Origin: a virus
DNA length: 64,000 nucleotides
IMG/VR virus record: IMGVR_UViG_3300042562_001145
Coordinates: 5,689-69,688 of that record
Direction: 5' to 3' (one strand)
In this document: positions 39,689-50,369 of the stretch, piece after piece
Position numbering within the stretch: the first letter of the stretch is position 1
Layout of the letters: every line of letters begins with the position of its first letter
Program-made: the position numbers and the translations under genes
Notes under the pieces: model-generated
The model's database searches: none
Told to the model about the DNA's origin: nothing
The model's input: only the letters and a program-made list of their open reading frames with translations

Positions 39689-40675
39689 CTATTCTATAAG
39701 AGTGGCAAATATTTGCTTCATCTCTTGGTCTTCTTTTACTTTTCTAGCAGCATTTTTCCAGCCACTTTCTACAAAGACATCATCCATCCAGATCTCTCCT
39801 TTTTTGTACTTAACTTTACCTCTTACATAAAGCTCTTTCAGTTTAGAATGTATATAGATTTCTTCTGCACCTTCCTCTGTTTGGAACTTATCTACTGTAT
39901 CAATAAATAACTTATCGTTCTGGAATTTATCCTCTTTTGAACTCATGAAGTTACCAAAAACTGTGTATAGTACTGCATCATCTGATGAACTTGCTGCACT
40001 GATCCCTAAATAATCTAGTACTTGTAATAGTCCAGATTTATCTGTATTCAATAAGTTGTAGAACAATGCTGATGCTTTTGCTTTTCTCATTTCTTTTTCG
40101 GCTTCTCTGCTTACTGAGCTGTCTTTGTCAACAATACAGTACATTGAAATTGGCTGCTTAAATTCTGGATGAGATTCCATTTCTTTAGGTGTAACCCTTT
40201 TGTGTAGTAGTAATAGGAAAAGTCTTAATAGATCTTCTGTTTTTGATGTGTCAAATAGTTTCCCTCTATGACATTCAATTCTGAATTTATCCCAAAAAAG
40301 ATTATTCTTTGGTGTGTGATCTAATATATTCTCTCCTTTTTCTTCCTCTAAAGGTAAAACGATGTTTTTCCTTAGTGAGGTTAGTGCTAATGATCTAGCA
40401 TCTGGGTCAGTAATTGCTCTAATTAAAGCGTTTGATGTTGGGTATAATCCCGTATCCCAAAGTCCTCTATCTTCATCGTAGATTGCTCCAGGGAACGTGT
40501 CTACCACCATATCACTTAAAACTTTTGTTGTATTAAACTCTTTAAAACCTTCTGGTGCTGAAGTGTCTAATTTTTCTTTTATCTCGTAGAGAGTATCTTT
40601 TTTTATTTCAAAATCATAGATCTTTAAAATGACTCTGCTCTCATCTTTTGGTGTAATTTTTTTAGCTATTGCCAT
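39689..40675 (-). CDS. Conserved capsid-module protein (328 aa), function unknown
   Basis: Directly downstream of the MCP, with own promoter and long leader. Confidence 0.5.
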   Translation of the reverse strand: MAIAKKITPKDESRVILKIYDFEIKKDTLYEIKEKLDTSAPEGFKEFNTTKVLSDMVVDTFPGAIYDEDRGLWDTGLYPTSNALIRAITDPDARSLALTSLRKNIVLPLEEEKGENILDHTPKNNLFWDKFRIECHRGKLFDTSKTEDLLRLFLLLLHKRVTPKEMESHPEFKQPISMYCIVDKDSSVSREAEKEMRKAKASALFYNLLNTDKSGLLQVLDYLGISAASSSDDAVLYTVFGNFMSSKEDKFQNDKLFIDTVDKFQTEEGAEEIYIHSKLKELYVRGKVKYKKGEIWMDDVFVESGWKNAARKVKEDQEMKQIFATLIE

Positions 40676-40764
40676 GTTTTGTTGTTTTGGTTAACGCTCT
40701 TCTTTCTCTGTTGTTGGGATTGTAATATAATTTTGCGGAATCTTGTTGGTTTAATTCCAGTGTG

Positions 40765-40805
40765 CAAAATTACAAATTGTTTTTGGTAAAACCAAATATG
40801 TTAAA
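40765..40805 (-). promoter_or_regulatory. Bacteroidota-type promoter
   Basis: TTTG (40793-40796), 20-nt spacer, TAATTTTG (40765-40772). Confidence 0.7.
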
Positions 40806-40810
40806 TATCC

Positions 40811-40834
40811 TACCCCACCGATTAAGATGGGGTA
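40811..40834 (-). terminator. Hairpin downstream of the MCP (terminator or stabiliser)
   Basis: tacccca...tggggta inverted repeat with a weak U-tract. Confidence 0.55.
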
Positions 40835-40852
40835 AGCTATTTTTAACAATTA

Positions 40853-42547
40853 TTAGTTAAATCCTTTTCTCGCTGCTTCGTCTAATTCAATCATTACGAA
40901 ACGAGTTAAATCTCTAACGTGAATATCTGCAATGTTAAACGCCCAGAACTCTTGTCCGATTTGTTTCATTGAAGACATAATATCTCCTGCTTTTCTGTAG
41001 TCATAACGACCATTAGTAGTACCCCAGTAAGTCATCTCACCTTGTGGTTTTACTAAATAGATGTTAGCTCCAGAGTTTCCTCCTTCAACTAAAGTTGCAC
41101 CTTTTGGTAAAGCTTTGTTGTTAGAGTATTGTTGATCATCTACATCCCAGATTACCATTGAGTAAGCAGTTGGTGACAAGTTTTCTGGGTGGAAACCACC
41201 TGCTAAACGGTCAACACCTTCCATCATGTTTAGTGATGTATCTTCTTCTACTTCAATATTTCCAATACCTGGAATAAATACTTTAGTAAAACGAATTGGT
41301 ACATACTCTAAGTTGAATGGGTCATTACCACGTACTGGGTTTGGGATTGTTCTATCATTTCCTAGGAAGTTGTTCAATGAAGCATTTTGTGCGTTCACTT
41401 CATCAGAGAAGATTGATAAAACATTTGCATAAGCGTATTTACCACATTTGAATTTCAAACGTCTTTCAACATCTTGTTTGAATGGGTTAACACGGAATAC
41501 GTATTCAGCAGACTCTTTTAAGTGATCACGGGTGATTCCACCTGGACGACCATATTTTACAAGTTTACCTCTACGCAATTGGTGCCATAAACCTTCGTTT
41601 AATCTAGCAACACCGTTTGAATCACGAACTGTAGCAGCACGTTGGAACAAAAGTTTTTGAGCAGTTAAACGCTCTAATTCTCTCATTGTCAAGAACTCCA
41701 TAGTAGCTCCAATTCTAGCTGTTTTCAAGTCTGGCATTTTCTTACCATTCTTAACAGTCATATTAGCTAAGATAGCATACTCATTTCCTTCAAACTCTGA
41801 TTGAAGTTTGTCCAAATATCCTTTTGATTGAGCATCTGCTCCAGAAAAAGATTTTGAATCAGCCATACCTGTGATGTATGCTTCAACCCCTGATGCAGAA
41901 CCTAAACGGAATTCACATCTCATTGTACCAACTGTGTCTGGCATATCAAAGTGAGAGAAGTTAGTTCCTCTTTCTCCTAAGATTGCATGACCAACTTTAA
42001 AGTACTGGATCCCTTTTGCTAAGTTTGAAGCAAGGTACCAAGTATTTTTGTCATTATCTGCCAATTTAACTGTGTGTTCCCAACCTTCACCTACTGCTAC
42101 AACTGGAGATTCACCAGATACAATAATTTGTTGTCCGTAATACTTGTTGTTTGTCAAAACATCTCCTGTTGTGTAGGCTTTGTTTAATACAATTTTAAAT
42201 GTACCACCATCAACACCTGGATAAGCTTGGCTAGATGTGTCACGAGTTGTGTAGCAACCTTTGTACTCCTCTACTGGAATATCATAGGTAAAACCACCGT
42301 CCCAACCGTTTACTTCTAGGATAGCTTTGTTTTGCAATAATTCTCTAAGAATACCGTAGCTTCTTACAGCTTGTTTTCCCCATAAATTCATCAAACCTAA
42401 GTGATGTTTATTTGGGTCTTCTTTATACCATGAGTACAAAGATGGTAAGTCCTGTGCACCATTGATAGAAGATACTGTCTTCTTGTCGGTGAACATTATT
42501 ACTTGGTCTCCGTTCACAATGAAAGGAATGTTCTGATTTGTTACCAT
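40853..42547 (-). CDS. Major capsid protein (crAss-like HK97 fold)
   Basis: 564 aa in portal-scaffold-MCP order. EGLWHQLRRG segment and codon choices (cgt, aac, ttc, gct) typical of highly expressed genes. Confidence 0.75.
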   Translation of the reverse strand: MVTNQNIPFIVNGDQVIMFTDKKTVSSINGAQDLPSLYSWYKEDPNKHHLGLMNLWGKQAVRSYGILRELLQNKAILEVNGWDGGFTYDIPVEEYKGCYTTRDTSSQAYPGVDGGTFKIVLNKAYTTGDVLTNNKYYGQQIIVSGESPVVAVGEGWEHTVKLADNDKNTWYLASNLAKGIQYFKVGHAILGERGTNFSHFDMPDTVGTMRCEFRLGSASGVEAYITGMADSKSFSGADAQSKGYLDKLQSEFEGNEYAILANMTVKNGKKMPDLKTARIGATMEFLTMRELERLTAQKLLFQRAATVRDSNGVARLNEGLWHQLRRGKLVKYGRPGGITRDHLKESAEYVFRVNPFKQDVERRLKFKCGKYAYANVLSIFSDEVNAQNASLNNFLGNDRTIPNPVRGNDPFNLEYVPIRFTKVFIPGIGNIEVEEDTSLNMMEGVDRLAGGFHPENLSPTAYSMVIWDVDDQQYSNNKALPKGATLVEGGNSGANIYLVKPQGEMTYWGTTNGRYDYRKAGDIMSSMKQIGQEFWAFNIADIHVRDLTRFVMIELDEAARKGFN

Positions 42548-42576
42548 TTTTTAATTAATTTAATTTATTGTTTTTA

Positions 42577-43707
42577 TTAGTCGAAATTCAATGTTTCAAA
42601 CGGAGTGATAGGAGATGTATCCTCTTTCTTCTGTTTGTCTACTCTTGTTGTATCTTGTACGATCTTAATTCTTTTTAGGGTATCTAAGTGTACGTCTTTT
42701 TTTGTTGATGCGGTTGCTTTTTTAAGGTAGTTTTCTTTATCTAACATAAAGTATAACAGGTCTTTTGCCTTCTTTGGATCACTCATCCATTCATCATAGA
42801 TAGTATCAATCTCAAAGTCACCACTCTTATTAAGCTTTGTGGCCACATCTACAAATTTTTTGGATAAATTTTCTGTCAATCCATCTTGCTTAAATTCTGC
42901 TGCAAGTGTTTTTCTGTAGTCTTTTATTCTTTCTTGCTCTCCAGCTTTCTCTGCAAGTATTTCTTTTTCTCTATTTTTTAGATTATCGTAGAATTGATTT
43001 CTTTGATATTCTACAATCTTCTGAGCTTTTACATCAACGCTTAAATCTTCTTTTGCTGCTCTAACTAAGGCTGCGGATTCTTTAGGGCTGTGTCCTAATG
43101 CGTTTTGATAATACCAAGCAAGTACTTGTTCGTTGTGAGCATCATCATCTACATCGTATCCTTGGAATGGTACTTGTAGTGCTTCTGGGTTTTGGAATAA
43201 TGCTTTCGCTAATTCTAGATCCCCTTCTTTAACAATATTGATTAGTCGTTTTTTTACTTCGTCTAAACCATCTACTGATACATATTTCTCTTTAAACTCA
43301 ACCTCTTGTTGTGTCTTAATTTCTTTTTCTAAAGTTTTGTATGTCTCTTTATCAATTGAATCTAGTTCAGAAAGTTTTACTTCTTTACCATCTTCTGTTT
43401 CGACAAGCATATCTTCCCATTCTCCAGATTCTAGTTTTTCTTTGATTATACCTAGGTAAGTTGAATCTCCGTTATCAAATGATATTTTTGTTTCAACCTC
43501 TTTTGGTTCCTCTTTACTTTTATTCTTTTCTAAGTTTGGAGTGGCTCCTAGATCTTTTGCCTTATCCTCTTCTTCATCATCCTCTTCGTTAGTTGTTATA
43601 ACTACTTCTGGATCTTCTTTTTTTTGTCCATCATCTTCTAAAGAAAAGTTATTGAATTCCAATAACTCGTCAAATGATAACTCCTGTTGGTTTTGTTCTG
43701 TTTTCAT
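42577..43707 (-). CDS. Acidic helical scaffold-like protein
   Basis: 376 aa, very Glu/Asp/Lys rich, between portal and MCP. Confidence 0.6.
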   Translation of the reverse strand: MKTEQNQQELSFDELLEFNNFSLEDDGQKKEDPEVVITTNEEDDEEEDKAKDLGATPNLEKNKSKEEPKEVETKISFDNGDSTYLGIIKEKLESGEWEDMLVETEDGKEVKLSELDSIDKETYKTLEKEIKTQQEVEFKEKYVSVDGLDEVKKRLINIVKEGDLELAKALFQNPEALQVPFQGYDVDDDAHNEQVLAWYYQNALGHSPKESAALVRAAKEDLSVDVKAQKIVEYQRNQFYDNLKNREKEILAEKAGEQERIKDYRKTLAAEFKQDGLTENLSKKFVDVATKLNKSGDFEIDTIYDEWMSDPKKAKDLLYFMLDKENYLKKATASTKKDVHLDTLKRIKIVQDTTRVDKQKKEDTSPITPFETLNFD

Positions 43708-43715
43708 TTTCGGTG

Positions 43716-43757
43716 CAAAATTAGTAAACTTTTTTAAGAATGCAAAATTAGTTAAAA
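43716..43757 (-). promoter_or_regulatory. Bacteroidota-type promoter for scaffold/MCP
   Basis: TTTG (43743-43746), 19-nt spacer, TAATTTTG (43716-43723). Confidence 0.75.
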
Positions 43758-43813
43758 GTCTGCATTCTCTTGGTTTCTGTTGTTAAATTATTTTTAATGT
43801 AATCTGTTAATGT

Positions 43814-46591
43814 TTAATTTTTGTTAATCTCAGCAATATATCTATCATTTGATAGTTTTCTATCTTTATGATCTAGCTCTTTTAATTTTAGCTCTAAGTC
43901 TTTACTCATAGAGTTTAGTTTAATATTGTCTTGGTCTTTTTGTATTTCTAGCTTCTTTTGTCCAAGCTCTATATCGCTATTTGTTTTTAATTCTTTTAGT
44001 GCCATGTCAGCTTGCTTGCTGATATTGTCAAAGGAAGCCTTATTAGCATCCTTATCTGCAGCTCGTCCTTGTGCTTGTATTTCTTCTTGCATAATTCTAG
44101 CTTCCCTATCCTTTTGGTTTTGGTCTGCTTCCCAAGCTCTGTCTTTATCTTTTTCAGCTGCTGCTCCTTGTATCTGTTTGTCTGCAAGTTCTTGTTCGTG
44201 TGCTCTTTGAGCATCTGTTTCTTTTTGTTTCTCTGCTCGGCCTCTTCTACCAATAGTAACTAATTCTGTTACTGTATCAGCTGAGAATAACTCTGCATAA
44301 TCAAGTAAGTCACTTCCTAATGTATTCATGTTTAGTAACGCTTGTTTCATCGTTTCTAATTCTCTACGTTTTTTAGGATCATTTATTGGGAATACACCAA
44401 GTCTTCTTAGTGGGAAATCTGGGTCAGATAGATTAATAAAACTCTTATCTCCATCTGAATTTGAAAATACAAAGTCTACATCCAAGTATTCCTTTTGGCA
44501 GTACTGTGCAACTGCTAGGTGCAGTTCCATTGACTTTCTTCTTGCTACAGACATAGTATTGAAAATATCTGCTGTCTGCATGTAAGAAGCTTCTGTACCT
44601 TGTTTTACTCCTGTTGCTGTTTCGTATACGCTTGGCTGTCCAATTCTCTGTGGTGTAATACCAATCTGTTCCAGGGCTTTCTTCATGTAATACTCTGAAA
44701 GTTCCATTCTACTTCTGATTTGTTTATCAAAAGAGATGTCTTGCACCATAAAAGTATTCATCTGTGGATTTGCTCCACCCATGTTTTGTTTTGTGGTATC
44801 TAATGGTACTAGTCCAATATCTTTTGCGTGATCTCTCAGTTTTTCAAGAGACTCTTCAATTGTACCATAGTCTTTGTATTCAGATGGCAAGAAATTAATA
44901 TCAAATAAGAAGAACATACCAATTTCTTTTTCTAGTAAGTTAAATATTTGATTTAAGCAAATGTTATATCCTACTTGATATGGTCTTAATTTTTGTGCTA
45001 TTGAATTAGATATTACTCCGGATATTGGTATCTTTACATCAAAGATATTAGACTCTCCTCTAATTTGGTAAGGTAATGGCTCTACTCCTAGATATAAATT
45101 TTCTGTCAAGAATGAGTTACCGGCATTTATTTTAATACCTTTCCAGATTTCTGGAGCAAAAAACTCATACATTGTGTCTTTTTCAAGATTTTTTTGTATG
45201 TCTGTTAAGGCTTTTGTACTTACTTTTTTTATGTTATTGTCTTTGATAAATTCCGGTAGAATATCATCTGTTACTATTGCTGTGTCTTCATATCCCTGTT
45301 CTGTAGTGTAATTTAGAAACCACATTCTTTTCCAGCTTCTCCAATAACCTTCTGTTACTTGTAGTAAATCTTTTCTTACTGTAATGTCATCTCTTTGGTA
45401 TCCACTATACTTGTACCCTAAGTGGTTCTGATTTTGCATTGGGCTCAACCAGTTAGGTACTCTCTCTTGCCCGTTTGGTGTGTCTACTAATACTTCTCCC
45501 ATTGGTATATCCAAGGCATCTTGTATCTGTAAACCTAAATCGTAGTTGTAGTAATTATGAAATGGTATAGTCTGAACTTGTCCGAACATACCATTATCCA
45601 TCTCTTGCTTCCAGTTATGTACTGCAGAGGTAGCTCCGGCATTTCCTATCGTTCCATAGTTTGTATTGATCTTCTTTACTTCATCTGGTGTTAATAGATG
45701 TGCGTATCTTTTGATAATGTCTGATGGTGCTATGTAGAAAACTCTACCTGCATACTCTCCATCTTGCGGATACTCTGCAATAACATCTCTTGAGAAAAAA
45801 GTTTCCAATGGAGACCATCTTTCTGGTTTATAATGATCGTAGCCAATATAGTAGTGTCTAAAGTATCTTCCTGTAAGAACATAGTCTTCCATTTCTTGTT
45901 TATCCAACTTGTCCATATAGAATCTTTGTTGGTCTTTTTCAATGGTATGTTCGGCCCATTCCGCTGCCTTAGTCTTCCAATCTTTCATCTCTTTTTCAAT
46001 CTGTGCAGGTGATATTATCTTGGCTTTTTCAGCTTCGATCATTTGCATATATTGTTGACGTTCTTCTTCAGATTTGAAATCTTGTTTTTTTGTATCTACT
46101 CCAGATTGCATTAGGGATAGCTCTAGTTCTTTACTAAAAGTATCCATGGCGTACTGCTGTACTTTTTTTGTACGTTCTCTTATATATTCATTTTGTGAGA
46201 TGTCATCTATACAGTCAACTTTAAAATCGTCTTTCTGCTCTAACCACTCCCCTACAAGTTGTCTTGTTATGATGCCAATAAAATCATAGTGTTTTACGAA
46301 AGTAGGTATTCCTACTTCATCTCCTAATTCTCTTACTCTATTTAGAACTTGGTTGTCTGGTTCATAGTCTGAATAAACTAATCTACCTTCCAACATCTTA
46401 TACAAATCTCTAAATTTAATATTCTCTGCTAGTTGGGATATACCTATTGATTCTAGGGCATCCATACACTTTTTTTTCCATTCAGGCTTCTCTTTTATAG
46501 AATCCTTTACGGTTTGTGTTGGTAGCGAGTGTGTTGTTGAAACAGATGTCCCTACTCCGTTATAGTAACTATGTAAATTATGACCGTCCAT
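43814..46591 (-). CDS. Portal protein
   Basis: 925 aa. KHYDFI...LVGE, PYQVGYNI.LNQ, GITPQRIGQ...ETATGV.Q crAss-like portal motifs; long C-terminal coiled-coil barrel. Confidence 0.85.
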   Translation of the reverse strand: MDGHNLHSYYNGVGTSVSTTHSLPTQTVKDSIKEKPEWKKKCMDALESIGISQLAENIKFRDLYKMLEGRLVYSDYEPDNQVLNRVRELGDEVGIPTFVKHYDFIGIITRQLVGEWLEQKDDFKVDCIDDISQNEYIRERTKKVQQYAMDTFSKELELSLMQSGVDTKKQDFKSEEERQQYMQMIEAEKAKIISPAQIEKEMKDWKTKAAEWAEHTIEKDQQRFYMDKLDKQEMEDYVLTGRYFRHYYIGYDHYKPERWSPLETFFSRDVIAEYPQDGEYAGRVFYIAPSDIIKRYAHLLTPDEVKKINTNYGTIGNAGATSAVHNWKQEMDNGMFGQVQTIPFHNYYNYDLGLQIQDALDIPMGEVLVDTPNGQERVPNWLSPMQNQNHLGYKYSGYQRDDITVRKDLLQVTEGYWRSWKRMWFLNYTTEQGYEDTAIVTDDILPEFIKDNNIKKVSTKALTDIQKNLEKDTMYEFFAPEIWKGIKINAGNSFLTENLYLGVEPLPYQIRGESNIFDVKIPISGVISNSIAQKLRPYQVGYNICLNQIFNLLEKEIGMFFLFDINFLPSEYKDYGTIEESLEKLRDHAKDIGLVPLDTTKQNMGGANPQMNTFMVQDISFDKQIRSRMELSEYYMKKALEQIGITPQRIGQPSVYETATGVKQGTEASYMQTADIFNTMSVARRKSMELHLAVAQYCQKEYLDVDFVFSNSDGDKSFINLSDPDFPLRRLGVFPINDPKKRRELETMKQALLNMNTLGSDLLDYAELFSADTVTELVTIGRRGRAEKQKETDAQRAHEQELADKQIQGAAAEKDKDRAWEADQNQKDREARIMQEEIQAQGRAADKDANKASFDNISKQADMALKELKTNSDIELGQKKLEIQKDQDNIKLNSMSKDLELKLKELDHKDRKLSNDRYIAEINKN

Positions 46592-46609
46592 ATTTTGTTT
46601 TTAAAACAG

Positions 46610-46651
46610 CAAAGATACTGATTTTATTTATACCTGCCAAATTCGTTAAAA
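46610..46651 (-). promoter_or_regulatory. Bacteroidota-type promoter for the portal
   Basis: TTTG (46638-46641), 20-nt spacer, TATCTTTG (46610-46617). Confidence 0.75.
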
Positions 46652-46652
46652 A

Positions 46653-49412
46653 TTAGTAATGTTTTCTAGATGTACTTGATGAACCATAAAGTCTTTCTGC
46701 CATACTTCTTGTAGGTTTTTTCTTTTGGTTCTCATCTATTTTTGGCTTCCTATTTATAGCTGTTGGTAACATATAGTTGTTGAACAGATAAAACTCATAC
46801 CCAAGACATGACATAAAAGAAGTCATTCTATCAACGTTATTGTCTTTCTTGAATGAGATCATCTCGTCAAGTAGTCCAATGTCATTTATCATCTGAACTC
46901 CCAGTATAGTCTTTTCATTTCCGTCCTCATCTTTTATGATAAACTCTTGTCTAGCATAGTTTTTTAATAACCCAAATAAAAATCTAATATTCTCTGGGGT
47001 TGGTGCCCATCCGTATCGTCTCTTTCCTTGCGATCTCTGAGTCATATCTGACTTAAAGTCCATAGATTCCACTAACCATAAATCAGTGCCTCTTTTCCTA
47101 TCTAAATACTCTTTAAAGCCCATATCGGCATTCTCCATAAATACCTTAGCATTAAATGCTTGCATCATTAGAAAAATTTGTCTGTATAACTTATTGTGTG
47201 GGTCCGGCCTTGATGCTATTGATGCTACTATTCTTCCGCACCATTTATCCATCCCTATATTAACTTTATATATGTGAAATGATCCAACAGAATCGGTTCC
47301 TGATTCTTCTTGCTTATAATCATCAAATCCTCCTACATACAAATACTCTACTGGTTTTTCTCCTGGTAATTCTTCATATAGTACAATAGGTGCATCTACG
47401 AACCCTCCTGGGTGTGGGTACTCTGCTAAAGGTTTATTGTTGAGTTCATAGAAAATTCTACCGTTACTATCTTGCATCAATGTAACACTCTTTCCAACCT
47501 CTCCTGATTCTATTAAATAATCTCTGTGTCTCTTTGCTTCTAGTGCTGGGAATGGGTTGTCTTCTGATGACATAAAACAATCTTCAGGATCAAGTGGATA
47601 CTGTACTCTTTTTTGTTGCTCTAATAGCTGTCCTTTTGAGCCTCCTATCTTCTTGGCATTCTCTACAACTTCCTTCAACATCTTTGTATTATTTTCCCAG
47701 TCTGTTGTGTGTATAGTTATTTTATCCAACTCATCGGCATCGTCTAAATTTAAAAATCTAGAGAAAGCTTTCTTTTGTTTTATAAATCCAACTTCGTATG
47801 CCATTTGTCCTGGAAAGAATGTTGCAAATTTTCTTCTCTTCCAAGTAATGTGATCTGGATCAATTCTATTTTCTAATAGATCCCAATTCATTGGTAGTAA
47901 ATCATAGGCTTCAGGGTTTGATAGTACATCAATTGCATCTTTTGATAAATCTGCTTCTCCACCGGTTCCTGCCAATACTGTAACACACTTAAATCCATAA
48001 GGTGTTTTGAATGATGGAAGTGCAGCAAGGTATGGTTTTAAAAATGCGTACTTACCTATCTCATCGTATATTGAAACAGATGGTGCTAAACCAGCTGTCT
48101 TCTGTGTTTTAGATTTGGCTCCTGATTCAAGATTCTGTACGATAAGTGTAGAAAAGATAATAGGATTTGATGCATCTTCCTTTATTCCAAAGGTTGTTTC
48201 TCCATTATCCCATTCTTGTTTTAAAATATCAATCTGTAACGGCCTATCAATATAAGTCATTGAAGTTTTAATCTTACTCGTCAATGCATTTATATCAGAA
48301 GAGCTTCCTCCAATTACTGACCCAAATGAGTTAAATTTAGTGATTGTTCTCCAGTGTGCTAACGATGCAAGCATTACCGATTTACCAAAACGTCTAGTTC
48401 CATACATAAGTAAGGCTTTTGAATAGAAGTTTGGATTTTCAGTATTTACAGATAGCATTAAGTTCTCAGCAAAGAACCATTCATTATCTCGTAAGTCTGG
48501 TTGAATATTTGGCTCACTGCCATCAGTTTGTATGATAGGTGTTCTGAAAAAGTTTAGGTGAAAATACAACCATGGATGCATATTGTAACCATTAATATTT
48601 ATACCATTTTTTATCTTATTGATCTCTTCTGACCAAAATTGTATTGCCACTGGATCTTGATCAAAGAAGTGTTTATTTGGATTCCATTTTGGAATATCTC
48701 TTGGATTCATATTTACAAACATCTCTTTTGATGTCCTCAATGACCAATCAACAGGTACCCTATCTATAATCTCTTTTACATCTTCTCTTATTAATGCTAG
48801 AGGTTCTCTCATAATTAGAGATGCCTTTTTATCGTTGAAGAATTTTATATTGGCACTATCTAGTTCATTTGTAATATTTAGTTTTGATAATCTCTCCTGT
48901 ATTTTTATTTTTTCATTAAACACTAAATCTTGGAATACAATCTCATAAGATTTGTACTCTACTTCTTCTTGTGTCTCAGCTTCTTGTGTTAAGGCATCCA
49001 TATTATACTTTAAGTATTCATCACACTTTTTTATATGGAGGTCAATTATCTCTACGGTTTCATTTATAAATTCTTGCCTCTTTTCTAACCCTCTATCACT
49101 ATCTGATTCTAGTATGAACACAGAAAGCCTACCAAGTATAGACATGGTAAGCTCGTTTTCCTGTTTAAATAAAGCCTCTTTGGTTTTTTTGGAAGTTTCA
49201 TTGAAAGATCTTATTTCTTTTTCAAGATTTTTTAATTCTCTCTCTTTGTTATCTAGATCAACTTCTTGTAATGATAGTACTTGTTCTGCAAAACTTTGCA
49301 TACCAGATTCGTACTTTTTGTTGTCATTCCAGAAGTTGCTTTCAATTACTTTTTTGTTCCTTTTAAAATACTCTTTGTGACTCTTTATAAAACTATCAAT
49401 ATAGTCTGACAT
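46653..49412 (-). CDS. terL: Terminase large subunit with long N-terminal coiled-coil extension
   Basis: Walker A-like YGTRRFGKS, Walker B SIYDEIGK, motif III AGTGG, nuclease GGFDDY...S.GS and NVDR; adjacent to the portal. Confidence 0.85.
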   Translation of the reverse strand: MSDYIDSFIKSHKEYFKRNKKVIESNFWNDNKKYESGMQSFAEQVLSLQEVDLDNKERELKNLEKEIRSFNETSKKTKEALFKQENELTMSILGRLSVFILESDSDRGLEKRQEFINETVEIIDLHIKKCDEYLKYNMDALTQEAETQEEVEYKSYEIVFQDLVFNEKIKIQERLSKLNITNELDSANIKFFNDKKASLIMREPLALIREDVKEIIDRVPVDWSLRTSKEMFVNMNPRDIPKWNPNKHFFDQDPVAIQFWSEEINKIKNGININGYNMHPWLYFHLNFFRTPIIQTDGSEPNIQPDLRDNEWFFAENLMLSVNTENPNFYSKALLMYGTRRFGKSVMLASLAHWRTITKFNSFGSVIGGSSSDINALTSKIKTSMTYIDRPLQIDILKQEWDNGETTFGIKEDASNPIIFSTLIVQNLESGAKSKTQKTAGLAPSVSIYDEIGKYAFLKPYLAALPSFKTPYGFKCVTVLAGTGGEADLSKDAIDVLSNPEAYDLLPMNWDLLENRIDPDHITWKRRKFATFFPGQMAYEVGFIKQKKAFSRFLNLDDADELDKITIHTTDWENNTKMLKEVVENAKKIGGSKGQLLEQQKRVQYPLDPEDCFMSSEDNPFPALEAKRHRDYLIESGEVGKSVTLMQDSNGRIFYELNNKPLAEYPHPGGFVDAPIVLYEELPGEKPVEYLYVGGFDDYKQEESGTDSVGSFHIYKVNIGMDKWCGRIVASIASRPDPHNKLYRQIFLMMQAFNAKVFMENADMGFKEYLDRKRGTDLWLVESMDFKSDMTQRSQGKRRYGWAPTPENIRFLFGLLKNYARQEFIIKDEDGNEKTILGVQMINDIGLLDEMISFKKDNNVDRMTSFMSCLGYEFYLFNNYMLPTAINRKPKIDENQKKKPTRSMAERLYGSSSTSRKHY

Positions 49413-49849
49413 TAGTTTTTCATTTTGTCAAGAAAGCCTTTGAAGAAGTCGCTTTCTAAAAACTCCTTTCTTGATTTTTCTTGTAGCCCAACTTCTGTTT
49501 CTACAATTTGCCCCTTCTCTACCATAAAGACTCTTTTTGGGGCCCAGGTTTTCATACTTTGGTAGAAGTCGCTAACCTCTTTATCTAAATCGTCTTTTGA
49601 GAACTCAAGGTAAGTCTCTATATTTGAAACTAACTTAAAGAATAATATTTGTAAATCTTTATTATATAGCAAAGTGTCTACATATAAGTGGACCAATACA
49701 TCTTGTACTTCTTCTACAGATTTACCCTCTACCATTTCTTTAACAGTAGATTTTTTTTCTGTGACTGCTTTATTTTTCTCTTTTACAATCTCGTCAAATT
49801 CTTTGTACTCTTTGTATAAAGAATTAATCTTTTGTTTTAGATTTTCCAT
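49412..49849 (-). CDS. Hypothetical coiled-coil protein
   Basis: 145-aa ORF translationally coupled to the terminase. Confidence 0.55.
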   Translation of the reverse strand: MENLKQKINSLYKEYKEFDEIVKEKNKAVTEKKSTVKEMVEGKSVEEVQDVLVHLYVDTLLYNKDLQILFFKLVSNIETYLEFSKDDLDKEVSDFYQSMKTWAPKRVFMVEKGQIVETEVGLQEKSRKEFLESDFFKGFLDKMKN

Positions 49850-50043
49850 TAGTTTTCTTTTTCTTGTTCTGTTGTTTTTTCTATAGCAGAGAATATCTCT
49901 TCATCTGATAGTGTCAACAAATCAGATATTGTTTTTGCATCAGTTAGTCTTAGTGCACTGTATAAAAGTTCACCTAATGTGTAGTTTGGAAACTCTTTTG
50001 AGAATCCTTGTAACTCTCTAATTGCATTGTTTTTAAAATTCAT
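49849..50043 (-). CDS. Hypothetical small protein
   Basis: 64 aa (FPNYTLGELLYS), tightly packed with its neighbours. Confidence 0.55.
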   Translation of the reverse strand: MNFKNNAIRELQGFSKEFPNYTLGELLYSALRLTDAKTISDLLTLSDEEIFSAIEKTTEQEKEN

Positions 50044-50364
50044 CTACGCTAGTATTGTACCTCTTAAATTAAAGGTGATTGTTAATTGTTTGTTTTCTGT
50101 AGTTATTACTTTTTCTATGACATGTTGGTTTATAACACCAATTTTTTTGTTATCATACACAATTTTTAAGTTAAACCCACCTTGTGGTAAAAGTTCAACT
50201 GTTGGCATTGTGCATCCACATGATTTAGATACTGCCGCATGGTTTACGTCCTGAAAGTTAATTACTACTTCTGTATCCGATCCTTTTTTTATTGTTCCGA
50301 AGTCAATATTATATACTTCGTTTTTTACTACTTCTTGTAGATTTTTACTGCTTGTAATTTGCAT
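50044..50364 (-). CDS. DUF1573-like Ig-fold protein
   Basis: IDFGTI...V.KSCGCT.P signature. Confidence 0.65.
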   Translation of the reverse strand: MQITSSKNLQEVVKNEVYNIDFGTIKKGSDTEVVINFQDVNHAAVSKSCGCTMPTVELLPQGGFNLKIVYDNKKIGVINQHVIEKVITTENKQLTITFNLRGTILA

Positions 50365-50369
50365 TTTTA

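Noticed and set aside
46653-49412. Intein or intron explaining the long terminase
   Set aside because: The extra length is N-terminal and coiled-coil; no intein splice-junction or LAGLIDADG motifs were seen
698-50254. Numerous plus-strand ORFs of 60-165 aa in the structural arm
   Set aside because: They are antisense shadows of long minus-strand genes, with Ser/Phe/Leu-rich composition and no promoters or leaders
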